Virus record (IMG/VR): IMGVR_UViG_3300027985_000843
Span: 186,001 to 250,000 of that record
DNA length: 64,000 nt
Strand: one strand, 5' to 3'
Below, piece by piece: positions 27,614-36,337 of the stretch (position 1 is its first letter; the number at the start of each line of letters is the position of its first letter). The notes under the pieces were generated by a model. That model ran no database searches, was not told the DNA's origin, and saw nothing but the letters and a program-made list of their open reading frames with translations. The translations under genes and the position numbers were made by a program.

Positions 27614-29595
27614 AGCCTGATCTCCTGACCACCGAACTCGATATCCAGATCCGGTGTGGTGTCGGCGGCATTCAGTTCGATGGAGGATGCCTGGTGTTGC
27701 AGCTCATACTCGTGCATCATGGCGAGGCCGTTGTGCATGAGCTGGTCGAACCGGACCTCAGTGCTGGCACCGGACTCCAGGACGGCTTTCTGCTCCGCTG
27801 CCTTGTCGATGTAGGGGGGCTCAACGACAAGTTGCTTGTTCAGCACGGAGCACACACCAGGCATCGACTGGTGTACACACGAGCCGCAAGCGGAGCCCAC
27901 CTTGGCAAACTTGACGGACGCTCGCGGACGAAGAAGTCTCGAAGCCGTCGCACAGCCGTGACCGTAGTCGTCGTAGACGGAGGGGTCGACGTACTTGATG
28001 CCCTGAAGCCCTTGCTCGGCGAGCACAGCGGCAAGCTCGTCCTTGGTCGCGACCAGGTCGCGCGTCTCAAACCTGCTCTTGAGGACGGTGCCGAGCTGCG
28101 AGCCGTACAGGCCCTCGTTCATGTACCGCTGGGCAGCGAGAACGATCTCTCGCTTGGTGAGATCACTCGTTCCCGCCTGGCGACTGGTGTTGCCATAGAA
28201 GCCCTTCTCGATGACGCCGCGAAGGCCAACGGAGAAGACTGGTGGCTGGATGTTCGTGGCCGCCCGATGAATGGCCTTGAGCTGTTCGGTGGGCGTGGAC
28301 CCCCACTTCTGACGACCAGCGACAGTAGGCAGGCGCCCGGCCATCTTGTGCTCGTCGATGACAGCTGCCACCGTCTCTTGCGTCAGGATGTCTTCCTTCG
28401 TGGCGACAAGCTTGCGGCCGTACATGAGGCACCGACCGACCTTGGCAAAGATGCAGCTCGTGCACTTCTCTCCGGCCACGATAGCTCGAACCTTTGATCC
28501 GTGCTTGTTGAGGAAGTCTGCACCAACCCGGCAATCGTCGAAGCTCGTCTGTGTACTGTAGACGGCCCCATACAGGCCCGCTTCCTTGAAGACGGGTTCC
28601 CATTGATGGCGAAGGGCCTGGAGGTCTTCCTTGCCAAAAGCGAGCTTCAGAGCATGCACCAGCTCGGCTTCGCCGCGACCCTTGAGCATCTCTCGACGGA
28701 GCAACGACACGATGGGCCGAGCCTTGGCAGCGGCGAGCTTCTGGGCAGCGTCCTCTTCCTTTTCCTTCGCCAACTGCGCGGCCGCAGCAAGTGTTTCCGT
28801 CGAAGCCATTTTGTCGAGAGGCTTCTTGGGCTGGGGCTGTGCTCGACCTGTGAAGGCTTCCCTGGCTTGTGCCTGCCCGAGGATGGCGAGCTGGATACGC
28901 CGCTTCGGATCGGTTGCCTTCTCGGAGGCTGTGAGCCCCTTGGCTGCCTGCGTTCTCTCGACCGCCTCGGCCAGCTCTTCGGTGTAGGGAACGTTGACCA
29001 GCACCTGCTTGTGGAAGATCCCGCAGTGGGAGGTGCCGCTCGGAAGCTTCTGTCTGTGCAGGCACTCGACACAGGCTTTCTTGGCGATGATATACTTGGC
29101 CTCGGGGGCATGCCTCCGCACGAACTCCGTCGACGTGCGACTGTTCACGTTGGCGCAGTCCGGGAAGTCGGAGGAGTAGACATACAATCCTCCAAGTAGC
29201 CCTCTCTCGGCCAAGACGGGCCTCAGAAGGTCCGCCGCCTGCTTGATGGTGTCCGCATCGTAGCGGCTCAGCAAAGACTCTCTGATGGCCTTTGCGTCGT
29301 ACGTACGCACCATGATGAGCCGGGCTGTCCGAAGAAGGTCTTCGGGAACTTTCCGAACGGGCCCTCGCGGACCGAGGTCCACCATCGTCTTCGGCGCCCC
29401 TGTGTTGGGAACGAGACGCGAGGCCGGTGTGTCGTCATGCCGCCACTGGGCTTCGAGGTCGGGCGCGATGTCGAGGTTCTGCTTCGGGAGCCGATCCAGC
29501 TTCCGGTATTCTTCCTCGTTCACATCCAACCAGTCCAGGTTGCTGACTCCGCCTTCCTTCAGGAGGTTGGAGATGTCGCCAAGTTCGCCTGCCAT
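27610..29595 (-). CDS. Protein with three Cys-rich repeats
   Basis: Start moved to MAGELG (overlaps the upstream TAA). Three copies of E-x-G-L-x-G-x2-Y...C...CxxC...C. Confidence 0.7.
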   Translation of the reverse strand: MAGELGDISNLLKEGGVSNLDWLDVNEEEYRKLDRLPKQNLDIAPDLEAQWRHDDTPASRLVPNTGAPKTMVDLGPRGPVRKVPEDLLRTARLIMVRTYDAKAIRESLLSRYDADTIKQAADLLRPVLAERGLLGGLYVYSSDFPDCANVNSRTSTEFVRRHAPEAKYIIAKKACVECLHRQKLPSGTSHCGIFHKQVLVNVPYTEELAEAVERTQAAKGLTASEKATDPKRRIQLAILGQAQAREAFTGRAQPQPKKPLDKMASTETLAAAAQLAKEKEEDAAQKLAAAKARPIVSLLRREMLKGRGEAELVHALKLAFGKEDLQALRHQWEPVFKEAGLYGAVYSTQTSFDDCRVGADFLNKHGSKVRAIVAGEKCTSCIFAKVGRCLMYGRKLVATKEDILTQETVAAVIDEHKMAGRLPTVAGRQKWGSTPTEQLKAIHRAATNIQPPVFSVGLRGVIEKGFYGNTSRQAGTSDLTKREIVLAAQRYMNEGLYGSQLGTVLKSRFETRDLVATKDELAAVLAEQGLQGIKYVDPSVYDDYGHGCATASRLLRPRASVKFAKVGSACGSCVHQSMPGVCSVLNKQLVVEPPYIDKAAEQKAVLESGASTEVRFDQLMHNGLAMMHEYELQHQASSIELNAADTTPDLDIEFGGQEIRL

Positions 29596-30818
29596 TACAC
29601 TGTCCTCGTTGTTCCCGGGGCCGTCAGCGGCAACCATGGGGTTGATAGGTCCTCGTGAACGTAGCCAGTATCGATATCAACACCTGTGTCCACCTCCCCG
29701 GGAGCGTTGTCCCCGTCCGGGAGGGTGTCGGCCCATGCTTCGGCCGTTTGCACCAGGTTGCCCTTGGCGCCTTCGTATTCGTCTCGACGGGCCACAGGGT
29801 CATCGTAGTCGCCCGGGAGGCCCGTTTCGGCGTGACGCTCGTTGATGCTCACATCCACGACGGGCGTATCACCAGAAGATTGTGGAGGTGCCCCCGGGAG
29901 ACCGCTGTGCGGGCCCCAGATGCCCTTTCCGTTGCCTTCGTCGGACGGGTTGGCGTAACCACCAGCCCCCTGCCCACGAGCCCCGTATCCGAGGCCCCAG
30001 TCCCAAGCATCGGTGGGCGTGTCGTCAGACGGCAGGGCTGTCTGGGCCCACTGCTGGGAAGACGCCTCCAGGTCACTGTAGTCGTACTGAGGCCCTTCAA
30101 GGCCCCAGTCGTCTTGGACAGCATCTTCCTGAGGATTGAACGATCCGTGAGGGCCGTCACCTCCCATGGGGTCGCGATTGTCCACGCGAGGGCCGCCCGT
30201 CTGAGCGTCAAGTCCTGCTAGAGCGTCGCCCTCACCAAGGAACCGGGCCACAACACTCGACGCAGAAGCTTGCTTCGTGGGATTGGGCCTCTCGGGTTCT
30301 TGGGGCGGGGCGTCCCCACCATCTGGCAGTTCCGACTTGGTGTCCTTCGGGCCGTCGTTTTCTTTCTCGATCTTTTCGATTTCGTCCTCGGCCTCTTCCT
30401 CGGGGTTGTCGAGAACGTGCTTGGACTCTTCCACGAACCTCTCGACGTCTTCCTGTTCGTTGTCGTCCAGGAGGGCCAGCTTCGGCTTCCAGTGGGGAGC
30501 GCTGATCTCGTCATAGAGCGTGTCAGAGATGGCACTGAGACGTTCACAGACGTCGTACAGGTCCTTACGAACCTGGGACACCTCGCGGATGTAGCCCCTA
30601 CCACCCAAACGGCCATCCGGACTGATGGTGGCGGACTTGAGTCGCGTGAAGTACCGGTAGGCTGTGAGGGCGTGCCCGAGGGCGACGCTGCAAGCCCACA
30701 GGGTCTGCGACATCGGCTTGAGCGCTTTCGGGTCGTACGAGTGATCTTTGGGGATCTCTCGCTTCTGAGCCGGCGGGGGTGGCTCCTCGAAGGCTGCTGT
30801 CTTGTCCCAGGTATCCAT
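29595..30818 (-). CDS. Acidic, partly disordered putative internal protein
   Basis: KTAAF and KQASASSVVARFL motifs. Asp/Gly/Pro-rich C-terminal half. Confidence 0.6.
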   Translation of the reverse strand: MDTWDKTAAFEEPPPPAQKREIPKDHSYDPKALKPMSQTLWACSVALGHALTAYRYFTRLKSATISPDGRLGGRGYIREVSQVRKDLYDVCERLSAISDTLYDEISAPHWKPKLALLDDNEQEDVERFVEESKHVLDNPEEEAEDEIEKIEKENDGPKDTKSELPDGGDAPPQEPERPNPTKQASASSVVARFLGEGDALAGLDAQTGGPRVDNRDPMGGDGPHGSFNPQEDAVQDDWGLEGPQYDYSDLEASSQQWAQTALPSDDTPTDAWDWGLGYGARGQGAGGYANPSDEGNGKGIWGPHSGLPGAPPQSSGDTPVVDVSINERHAETGLPGDYDDPVARRDEYEGAKGNLVQTAEAWADTLPDGDNAPGEVDTGVDIDTGYVHEDLSTPWLPLTAPGTTRTV

Positions 30819-30825
30819 GCTTGCC

Positions 30826-31110
30826 TCAGCCCTTCAACGGGTCCCCGTCTTGGAACAGGCGTTCGATGTAGAAAGCCCCACCTTCCTCACGAAGAGCCCA
30901 CAAGTCGTTCGTCGACTTGTGAATGAGGGCATCAGCAGCGGTTCGCTGGAAGCCCTTCAGATCGCTGAGTGCCGTGATCTTCACACGCTTCGGAGGGGCC
31001 ACAGGCTTCGCCTCACCCACCGGGCTGACGATCTGGGGCTCGCTCGCAAAGAAGGCATCCGTACCGGTTGCTCCGCCGGTCTCGATGCTGCTCAGTTTGA
31101 AGTTGCTCAT
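30826..31110 (-). CDS. Hypothetical protein (94 aa)
   Basis: AGGAG upstream and tight packing. Confidence 0.6.
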   Translation of the reverse strand: MSNFKLSSIETGGATGTDAFFASEPQIVSPVGEAKPVAPPKRVKITALSDLKGFQRTAADALIHKSTNDLWALREEGGAFYIERLFQDGDPLKG

Positions 31111-31118
31111 GTAGGCTC

Positions 31119-32018
31119 CTACGAGATCACTAGCTGAATGAGGATGTCGATATAGGAATTAGTGCTGTACCCGCTGACCCTGAGAGTCTCCTCGTAGGTA
31201 CCTCTCGCCATGCCTTCGATGGGTGCGCACGTAACGGTGGTCACCTGCATGCCTCCTGACGACAGGATCTCGGTCACAGGAGCGAAGCTCGACAACCAGT
31301 CGTCCGAAAGGCCAGTGAGCCTCTGGATCTGGTAGTCCAGCACGGAGCCGGCGGGACCGCTGTTTTCGATCGTGACCTGCTGACTCGGGATCGGCGGGAA
31401 CGCACCAGTAACCGGAGCCGTGACCGAGAAGGACATCACCAAGGTGGATGCCGAGACAGTGGCCTTGGGTCTGACCGTGATGGTCACAGGAAGGCTCTGT
31501 GGGTTGTTGGATGCGTTGGGGTCCTGAACCGTCACAGTCTCGCTGTAGGGGCTGCTAGCGCTCAGCAACAGTGTTGAATCGACGGACACCTCGAAGGTAC
31601 CGGACTCGTTCGCGGCGAGGCCGCCGACATTGGCAGGGCTGACCGAGACATAGCCCGCCGACGTCGAGAGGGTAGCCCCCAAAAGGGACCCAAACACACC
31701 ACTGTTGGTGAGCGTCACCTCTTGGGCGTCGCTGAAGCCTCGGCCCTCGTCCACCTCGATAGTGATAGACGAGGGAGGCCCAATGAGAATGCTCGGAAGG
31801 AAATTGGCTCGGATGTCAGTGATGGACTGAGCCATGGACTCGATCACTTCACCCGGAATGGGAATGCTATCCCGAAGGATGCCGTACGGGCTGACAACGT
31901 CCAGTACCTGGAAGGCAGGGGAGGCCCCAGACACATCCATCCGCGTCGTCCAGCGCCATGTTCCTGTGGCGACCTGGTACTGGAATTGATAGTCCTGAGT
32001 TCTGATGGCTGCTGACAT
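31119..32018 (-). CDS. Ig-like (BACON-type) repeat protein, probably virion surface
   Basis: Two similar modules (QEVTLTNSGVFGSLL..YVSVSP and QQVTIENSGPAGSVL..WLSSFAP). Start moved to MSAAIRT. Confidence 0.6.
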   Translation of the reverse strand: MSAAIRTQDYQFQYQVATGTWRWTTRMDVSGASPAFQVLDVVSPYGILRDSIPIPGEVIESMAQSITDIRANFLPSILIGPPSSITIEVDEGRGFSDAQEVTLTNSGVFGSLLGATLSTSAGYVSVSPANVGGLAANESGTFEVSVDSTLLLSASSPYSETVTVQDPNASNNPQSLPVTITVRPKATVSASTLVMSFSVTAPVTGAFPPIPSQQVTIENSGPAGSVLDYQIQRLTGLSDDWLSSFAPVTEILSSGGMQVTTVTCAPIEGMARGTYEETLRVSGYSTNSYIDILIQLVIS

Positions 32019-32067
32019 GGTCAAGACGGACCTCTCCACCCCTGAGAGAACATAAGTAGACTAGGGG

Positions 32068-32074
32068 CGGTGTA
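32068..32074 (+). promoter_or_regulatory. CGGTGTA element 10 nt before ATG 32085
   Basis: Same motif and spacing on the plus strand. Confidence 0.65.
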
Positions 32075-32084
32075 TGATCCGATC

Positions 32085-32309
32085 ATGACTTGGGATGTCG
32101 TTGTTTCGGTCGTCTTCCTCTTGGCCGTCCTGCTGACCATGGCTCGGTGCTTCTACTCGACCTACAAGCACCACCGACAGGTCGCGGACTGGTCCAGGGG
32201 AATGGATGCCGAAAGAGCGGAAATCGTGAGGCTGTCAAACGAGGGTCGGACGGATGAAGCGATCAAGTTGTGGGAAGCCCACCTCAAGAAACACCCACCC
32301 CTACCCTAG
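32085..32309 (+). CDS. Small membrane protein on the opposite strand
   Basis: N-terminal hydrophobic helix VVVSVVFLLAVLLTMA. CGGTGTA lies exactly 10 nt upstream of ATG 32085. Confidence 0.6.
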   Translation: MTWDVVVSVVFLLAVLLTMARCFYSTYKHHRQVADWSRGMDAERAEIVRLSNEGRTDEAIKLWEAHLKKHPPLP

Positions 32310-32983
32310 GTGCACTCATCTCCGCCCCGACCGGCCCACTGGGGCAACCGTACTTCTCGCAGGATATTGAACCGCTTACCATCCGAGATGGCCGAGAAGA
32401 TCCTGTAGTAGGGCTCGAAGGTTTCGTCTTCCTTGGCCGCTCTCTCCAGCACCTTGGCCGCCTTGAAGAAACGGTGTCTGACGCGACCCTGCGTCAGGTT
32501 GAGTCTGGATGCCACCTCGGACTGGCACGTGGTCTCCCACATGCCAACGAGGATGTCCACGTCGATGTTCCGCGTCTCCTTCGCCTTCATGGGGAAGATC
32601 TTCGGCAGGTCGCGTCGAAGATCTTCCTCGGTCACGTCGGGGATCGACAACAGGAACTTGATCCGTTGGATACCTCGGTCGAGGCGATAGCTCACGGCCG
32701 CCTGCGTGATGCCGAACATCGTGGCGATGTCAGCCTGACGCTTATTGCAGCAGAAATATAGGTGAATGAGGTCCGCTTCCCTTTCGGGAATACGATCCAG
32801 AAGGGGGGCTATGCGTTCCTCGAAGTCGTTGCCGTCTCCGAGGAACTCTTGCATGTCCTCAACAGAGACCTGGCACTCCTCGGCGTCGAGGTAGTCTTCC
32901 TCGTCATCGCATCTGGGATCGTATGACGGGAATCGGCTTGCCAACTCGTTGGGATCGATGGGGATGACGTACCCTGCTGCCAT
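32306..32983 (-). CDS. Tandem sigma70 region-4-like HTH protein
   Basis: LDRIPEREADLIHLYF..QADIATMFGITQAAVSYRLDRG and QSEVASRLNLTQGRVRHRFFKA. No region 2 is visible. Confidence 0.7.
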   Translation of the reverse strand: MAAGYVIPIDPNELASRFPSYDPRCDDEEDYLDAEECQVSVEDMQEFLGDGNDFEERIAPLLDRIPEREADLIHLYFCCNKRQADIATMFGITQAAVSYRLDRGIQRIKFLLSIPDVTEEDLRRDLPKIFPMKAKETRNIDVDILVGMWETTCQSEVASRLNLTQGRVRHRFFKAAKVLERAAKEDETFEPYYRIFSAISDGKRFNILREVRLPQWAGRGGDECT

Positions 32984-33026
32984 AAGAATCTCCGTGGACC
33001 CATCCCCGATCCCTACCGAACCCCTC

Positions 33027-34829
33027 TCACCCGAGAAGGATTCCGAGTAGCGGCGTCGGGTTCGTGTTTATCTCTCGCAGCCGGCTGGCTGCTGTTTCTA
33101 CATCCGGATTTGGGTCTGTCACGGAGACGTCGACGTCCGCGAGGGACATCAGCTCTCGATTTAGTCTGACCTGAGGTTCAGACGTGCGCAACCTTTCATA
33201 CTGTCCTTTGCTTACACCGGTCAAGCCCGACGAGTAGACACCATTGATCGTACCGTGAGCTTGGACCAGGGAGCACAGGACCTTCTTTGGGACACGCGGC
33301 ACCCCAGGCAGGTTGTCGGAACTGTCCCCGTAGAAGGCTCGCAAGTCCAGGAGTGTAGACGGGCCAACCCCAAAGGACTTCTTCACCGAGTCCGGGTCGT
33401 GCACCACATCTTTTCGACTCCCCACCCCTGGCACAAGCATGTAGGTTGTCTCCGTGACTAGAGACAGAAGATCACGATCCGTGGAAAAAATCAAGTTGTG
33501 TTGTTCCTTAAGTGAACCGCGCACGAGTGTCGCCAGGACGTCATCAGCCTCTTCACCCGTGTTTTCGGCCTGCCACACCCCACACAAGGGCAGGATCGAC
33601 CGAAGGTAATCCACCTGCGCAACGAAGCCCTCCGGGACCGGAGGCCGCTGAGCCTTGTACTCCCCGTAGACGGCCTTGCGTCGCCTTGAGCTACCATCCC
33701 ACGCCACATACAGTCGGGCTTCCGGATAACGCTTCTTGAGGGAACCGAGAGACCGGAGAAAGCCAAGGACAACACCTGTCGGTCGACCCTGGTCATCCTT
33801 GAGTTCGGACATGCCCGGAGCATGGAAGCATCGGCGAGCAAGGTTGTTTCCGTCCACCAAGACGTTCTGGATGACTTTCACGTTGTTGTCTTTCTTTCTC
33901 TTGGCGACGCGGTGCGCCAAAACTTCGATTTCCTTCTGTAGGAGGTTGATGCGTTCCAGGACGTCCTCGAACCAATACAGCTCCAAGAGCTTGCTCTCGA
34001 TGTGCTGTGTACGTCGATCGAAGTGCGTGTTGTAGAACGTCTTGACGAACGCCAACCTGGGACTGAACTGCGCGTTCCACTCGTCCAGCCATACGAATTG
34101 ATGGAGCTTGTCTTGAAGGTCGTCGGCACGGGACTTCTGATAGAAGGACCGGACGAAGGCGACTCGCTTGGACAACGAGCCGTCCCACGCAGATATGGAC
34201 TCAAGGTCCGACCACTTCCGACGAAGTTCGTCACCCCGAGACGCGTGCCACCGGAAGACCGGCCGTGCGAGACGTGTCCAGCCCCGCAGGGCCGTAAGTC
34301 GACTGAAGAACCCAGACAACGGAGTCCTCTTGACCACTTGTAGAAAGGGTCGAGGCAGCGTCACGATTGTCTGCTTGCTCCGTAGCTTGACGAACACCTG
34401 GACCATCCCCTGCTCGGGGATGTCCTCGACAACAGTGGCCTCGATGTTCTGGTAGGGGCCCGAACAGATCATCACTCGATCGCCCACTCCAATGCCCTGG
34501 TCGATCTCCTGATGAAGTTGCGACTGCATCCCAAGGATCTCTTCCTGGGAGATCAGAGACAGGCGCCCCTGCCCGTCTCTCAAGGCCGACTGCACGAAAC
34601 GGCTGTCCTCGATCCGTAGGTATGGGGCCGGATTCCCAGTGTACTCCACGAAGATGTAACCCTCGACAAGGTAATGGATGACCTTGTCCTCGCCTACCTG
34701 TGTCACAGCGGCAGGCACGAAAACGTTGGCCTTGGGGTCTTTCAAAGCACTCCGGAGGCCCCTCTTCAGGACCTCAGGGTCTTCCCCCTCGCTTCTGGGA
34801 GACAGCTCGAAAACAACCCAACCTGCCAT
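33027..34829 (-). CDS. NusG-like (NGN+KOW) domain fused to a Pol I-type 5'-3' exonuclease/flap nuclease
   Basis: N-terminus WVVFE..VFVP..LVEGYIFVE..GDRVMICSGPYQNIEATV. C-terminus LVDGNNL..WDG..YKAQR..EADD..STDRD..GDSSDNLPGV. Start moved to ATG 34829 (TGATG overlap with dnaX). Confidence 0.85.
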   Translation of the reverse strand: MAGWVVFELSPRSEGEDPEVLKRGLRSALKDPKANVFVPAAVTQVGEDKVIHYLVEGYIFVEYTGNPAPYLRIEDSRFVQSALRDGQGRLSLISQEEILGMQSQLHQEIDQGIGVGDRVMICSGPYQNIEATVVEDIPEQGMVQVFVKLRSKQTIVTLPRPFLQVVKRTPLSGFFSRLTALRGWTRLARPVFRWHASRGDELRRKWSDLESISAWDGSLSKRVAFVRSFYQKSRADDLQDKLHQFVWLDEWNAQFSPRLAFVKTFYNTHFDRRTQHIESKLLELYWFEDVLERINLLQKEIEVLAHRVAKRKKDNNVKVIQNVLVDGNNLARRCFHAPGMSELKDDQGRPTGVVLGFLRSLGSLKKRYPEARLYVAWDGSSRRRKAVYGEYKAQRPPVPEGFVAQVDYLRSILPLCGVWQAENTGEEADDVLATLVRGSLKEQHNLIFSTDRDLLSLVTETTYMLVPGVGSRKDVVHDPDSVKKSFGVGPSTLLDLRAFYGDSSDNLPGVPRVPKKVLCSLVQAHGTINGVYSSGLTGVSKGQYERLRTSEPQVRLNRELMSLADVDVSVTDPNPDVETAASRLREINTNPTPLLGILLG

Positions 34830-36337
34830 CAGACACCGTTTTGAGGAAAGAAGAACAGCCGGAACTCGCGAGACCACTGTTCAGTGGTCAGAATGTCGCC
34901 CTTGCTCAACCCGTTGGCGCCACGGAATTGGTGCGACCCGTTACTGGAGTTGCCGTTGAACCCTCGTGGCATCTTGTCCGGCCGAGCCTGACGATCGATC
35001 TCCGTGAGGGCACAAGGATCTCCCGACCCAAGATTGCCGATCTTGTCCGCTGGCTTCGAGGGCGGGGGAGCTGCAACTTTGGGTTCGGGAACCTTGGGTT
35101 CGGGCTTCGGTTCTGGGGCGGCCGCCACGGGCGCCTCAGGGGCCGCCACGGGCGCCTCTGCCTCCGGGACGGGCTCATGGGCCTCCGGCGCCTCCGAAGC
35201 TACCTGAGGCCGCTCTGAGGGCGGGGGAGGCGGGCTTACTGGGGCAGAGGTAAGTACAGGAGCCGAGACAACAACAGGCGGAGCCGCAGACTGCGCGGCC
35301 GAGGCCACAGGCAGACCGCTGGAACACCTGACCACGTCGCACACCAGACCGACCTTCGTGGGGCGAGACGACCGCAAGAAGTATTCTGCTAGTCGAACGA
35401 CGTCATCCCCGTAAACGGCGAACACTTGCTTCGCGAGGTCCTTGTCCATGTGACCGGACTCGGAGAAGATGCCGTGAGCCAGGCGATAAGAGTTCATGGC
35501 CGCCTCAGCTAGGCCGACGGTCACATCGTCTACGCCCACACGATCACAGGCTGCCTCTACCATGTCCACCGACTTCGAGGGATCCCCGAGCGAGAGCAAG
35601 ACCTCGTAATACCTCGAAACCAGAGCTAAGTCCAGATATTCCCGCACGGTGGGTAAATCTACCCGGCCAAGTTGGGCAATCATCTCCAGGCGATTGAGGA
35701 CGTCACGAACATGGCCGTCGCTGTAGTCGATGACCGTCATGACGGCATCGTCCTCAAAAGGTATCCCTTCGGCCGTGAGAACTTTCTGCATGCGTTCGAG
35801 AATCGCCTCGCGGGAGATGCGCCGAATCGGGTACTCCTCACACCGCGACCTGATGGTGCCCCGAATCTTCGAAGGCTCAGTAGTACAGAAGATGCCCACG
35901 AGCCGCTTGTCCTCCAGGGGCTTGAGCAGCACGTCCTGCGAGTCCCGGCTCATCCGGTGCATCTCGTCGAACAGATAGATCCGCTTGGGAGCCCCCACGA
36001 CAGAGAACGACAGATCCTCCACGATCTTTCGAACGCTGTCGATGGTGCCCCGGCTCGCGGCGTCTAGCTCATGGAACGCCTCGGCGGTCTCACTCAGGAT
36101 GGCCTGGCAATTGTCGCACTGATTGCAGGGGTCGCCACTGTCCTGGATGTTCTGACACAACAGGGCCCGACCAAGAATGCGTGCGAGAGTCGTCTTCCCC
36201 TGACCGTGACCGCCCGAGAATATGTAGCTTGTGTCCAGGGCAGTGCCCTTGCGAATACGCTCCCGGAGGACCTGGACCGAGCCGTCTTGGCCCAGGACAT
36301 CCCCGAACGTCATGGGTCTGTATTTGACATCCCACAC
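34829..36337 (-). CDS. dnaX: DNA polymerase III gamma/tau-like clamp loader ATPase
   Basis: KYRP..FGDVLGQ, GQGKTT, C..CNQCDNC, ELDAAS, DEMH, TIRSRC, and a Pro/Ala-rich linker. Confidence 0.92.
   Translation of the reverse strand: MWDVKYRPMTFGDVLGQDGSVQVLRERIRKGTALDTSYIFSGGHGQGKTTLARILGRALLCQNIQDSGDPCNQCDNCQAILSETAEAFHELDAASRGTIDSVRKIVEDLSFSVVGAPKRIYLFDEMHRMSRDSQDVLLKPLEDKRLVGIFCTTEPSKIRGTIRSRCEEYPIRRISREAILERMQKVLTAEGIPFEDDAVMTVIDYSDGHVRDVLNRLEMIAQLGRVDLPTVREYLDLALVSRYYEVLLSLGDPSKSVDMVEAACDRVGVDDVTVGLAEAAMNSYRLAHGIFSESGHMDKDLAKQVFAVYGDDVVRLAEYFLRSSRPTKVGLVCDVVRCSSGLPVASAAQSAAPPVVVSAPVLTSAPVSPPPPPSERPQVASEAPEAHEPVPEAEAPVAAPEAPVAAAPEPKPEPKVPEPKVAAPPPSKPADKIGNLGSGDPCALTEIDRQARPDKMPRGFNGNSSNGSHQFRGANGLSKGDILTTEQWSREFRLFFFPQNGV

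Noticed and set aside
34829-36337. Programmed frameshift giving gamma and tau forms of DnaX
   Set aside because: I found no A-run slippery site of the E. coli type, and the protein is already gamma-like with a short tail.
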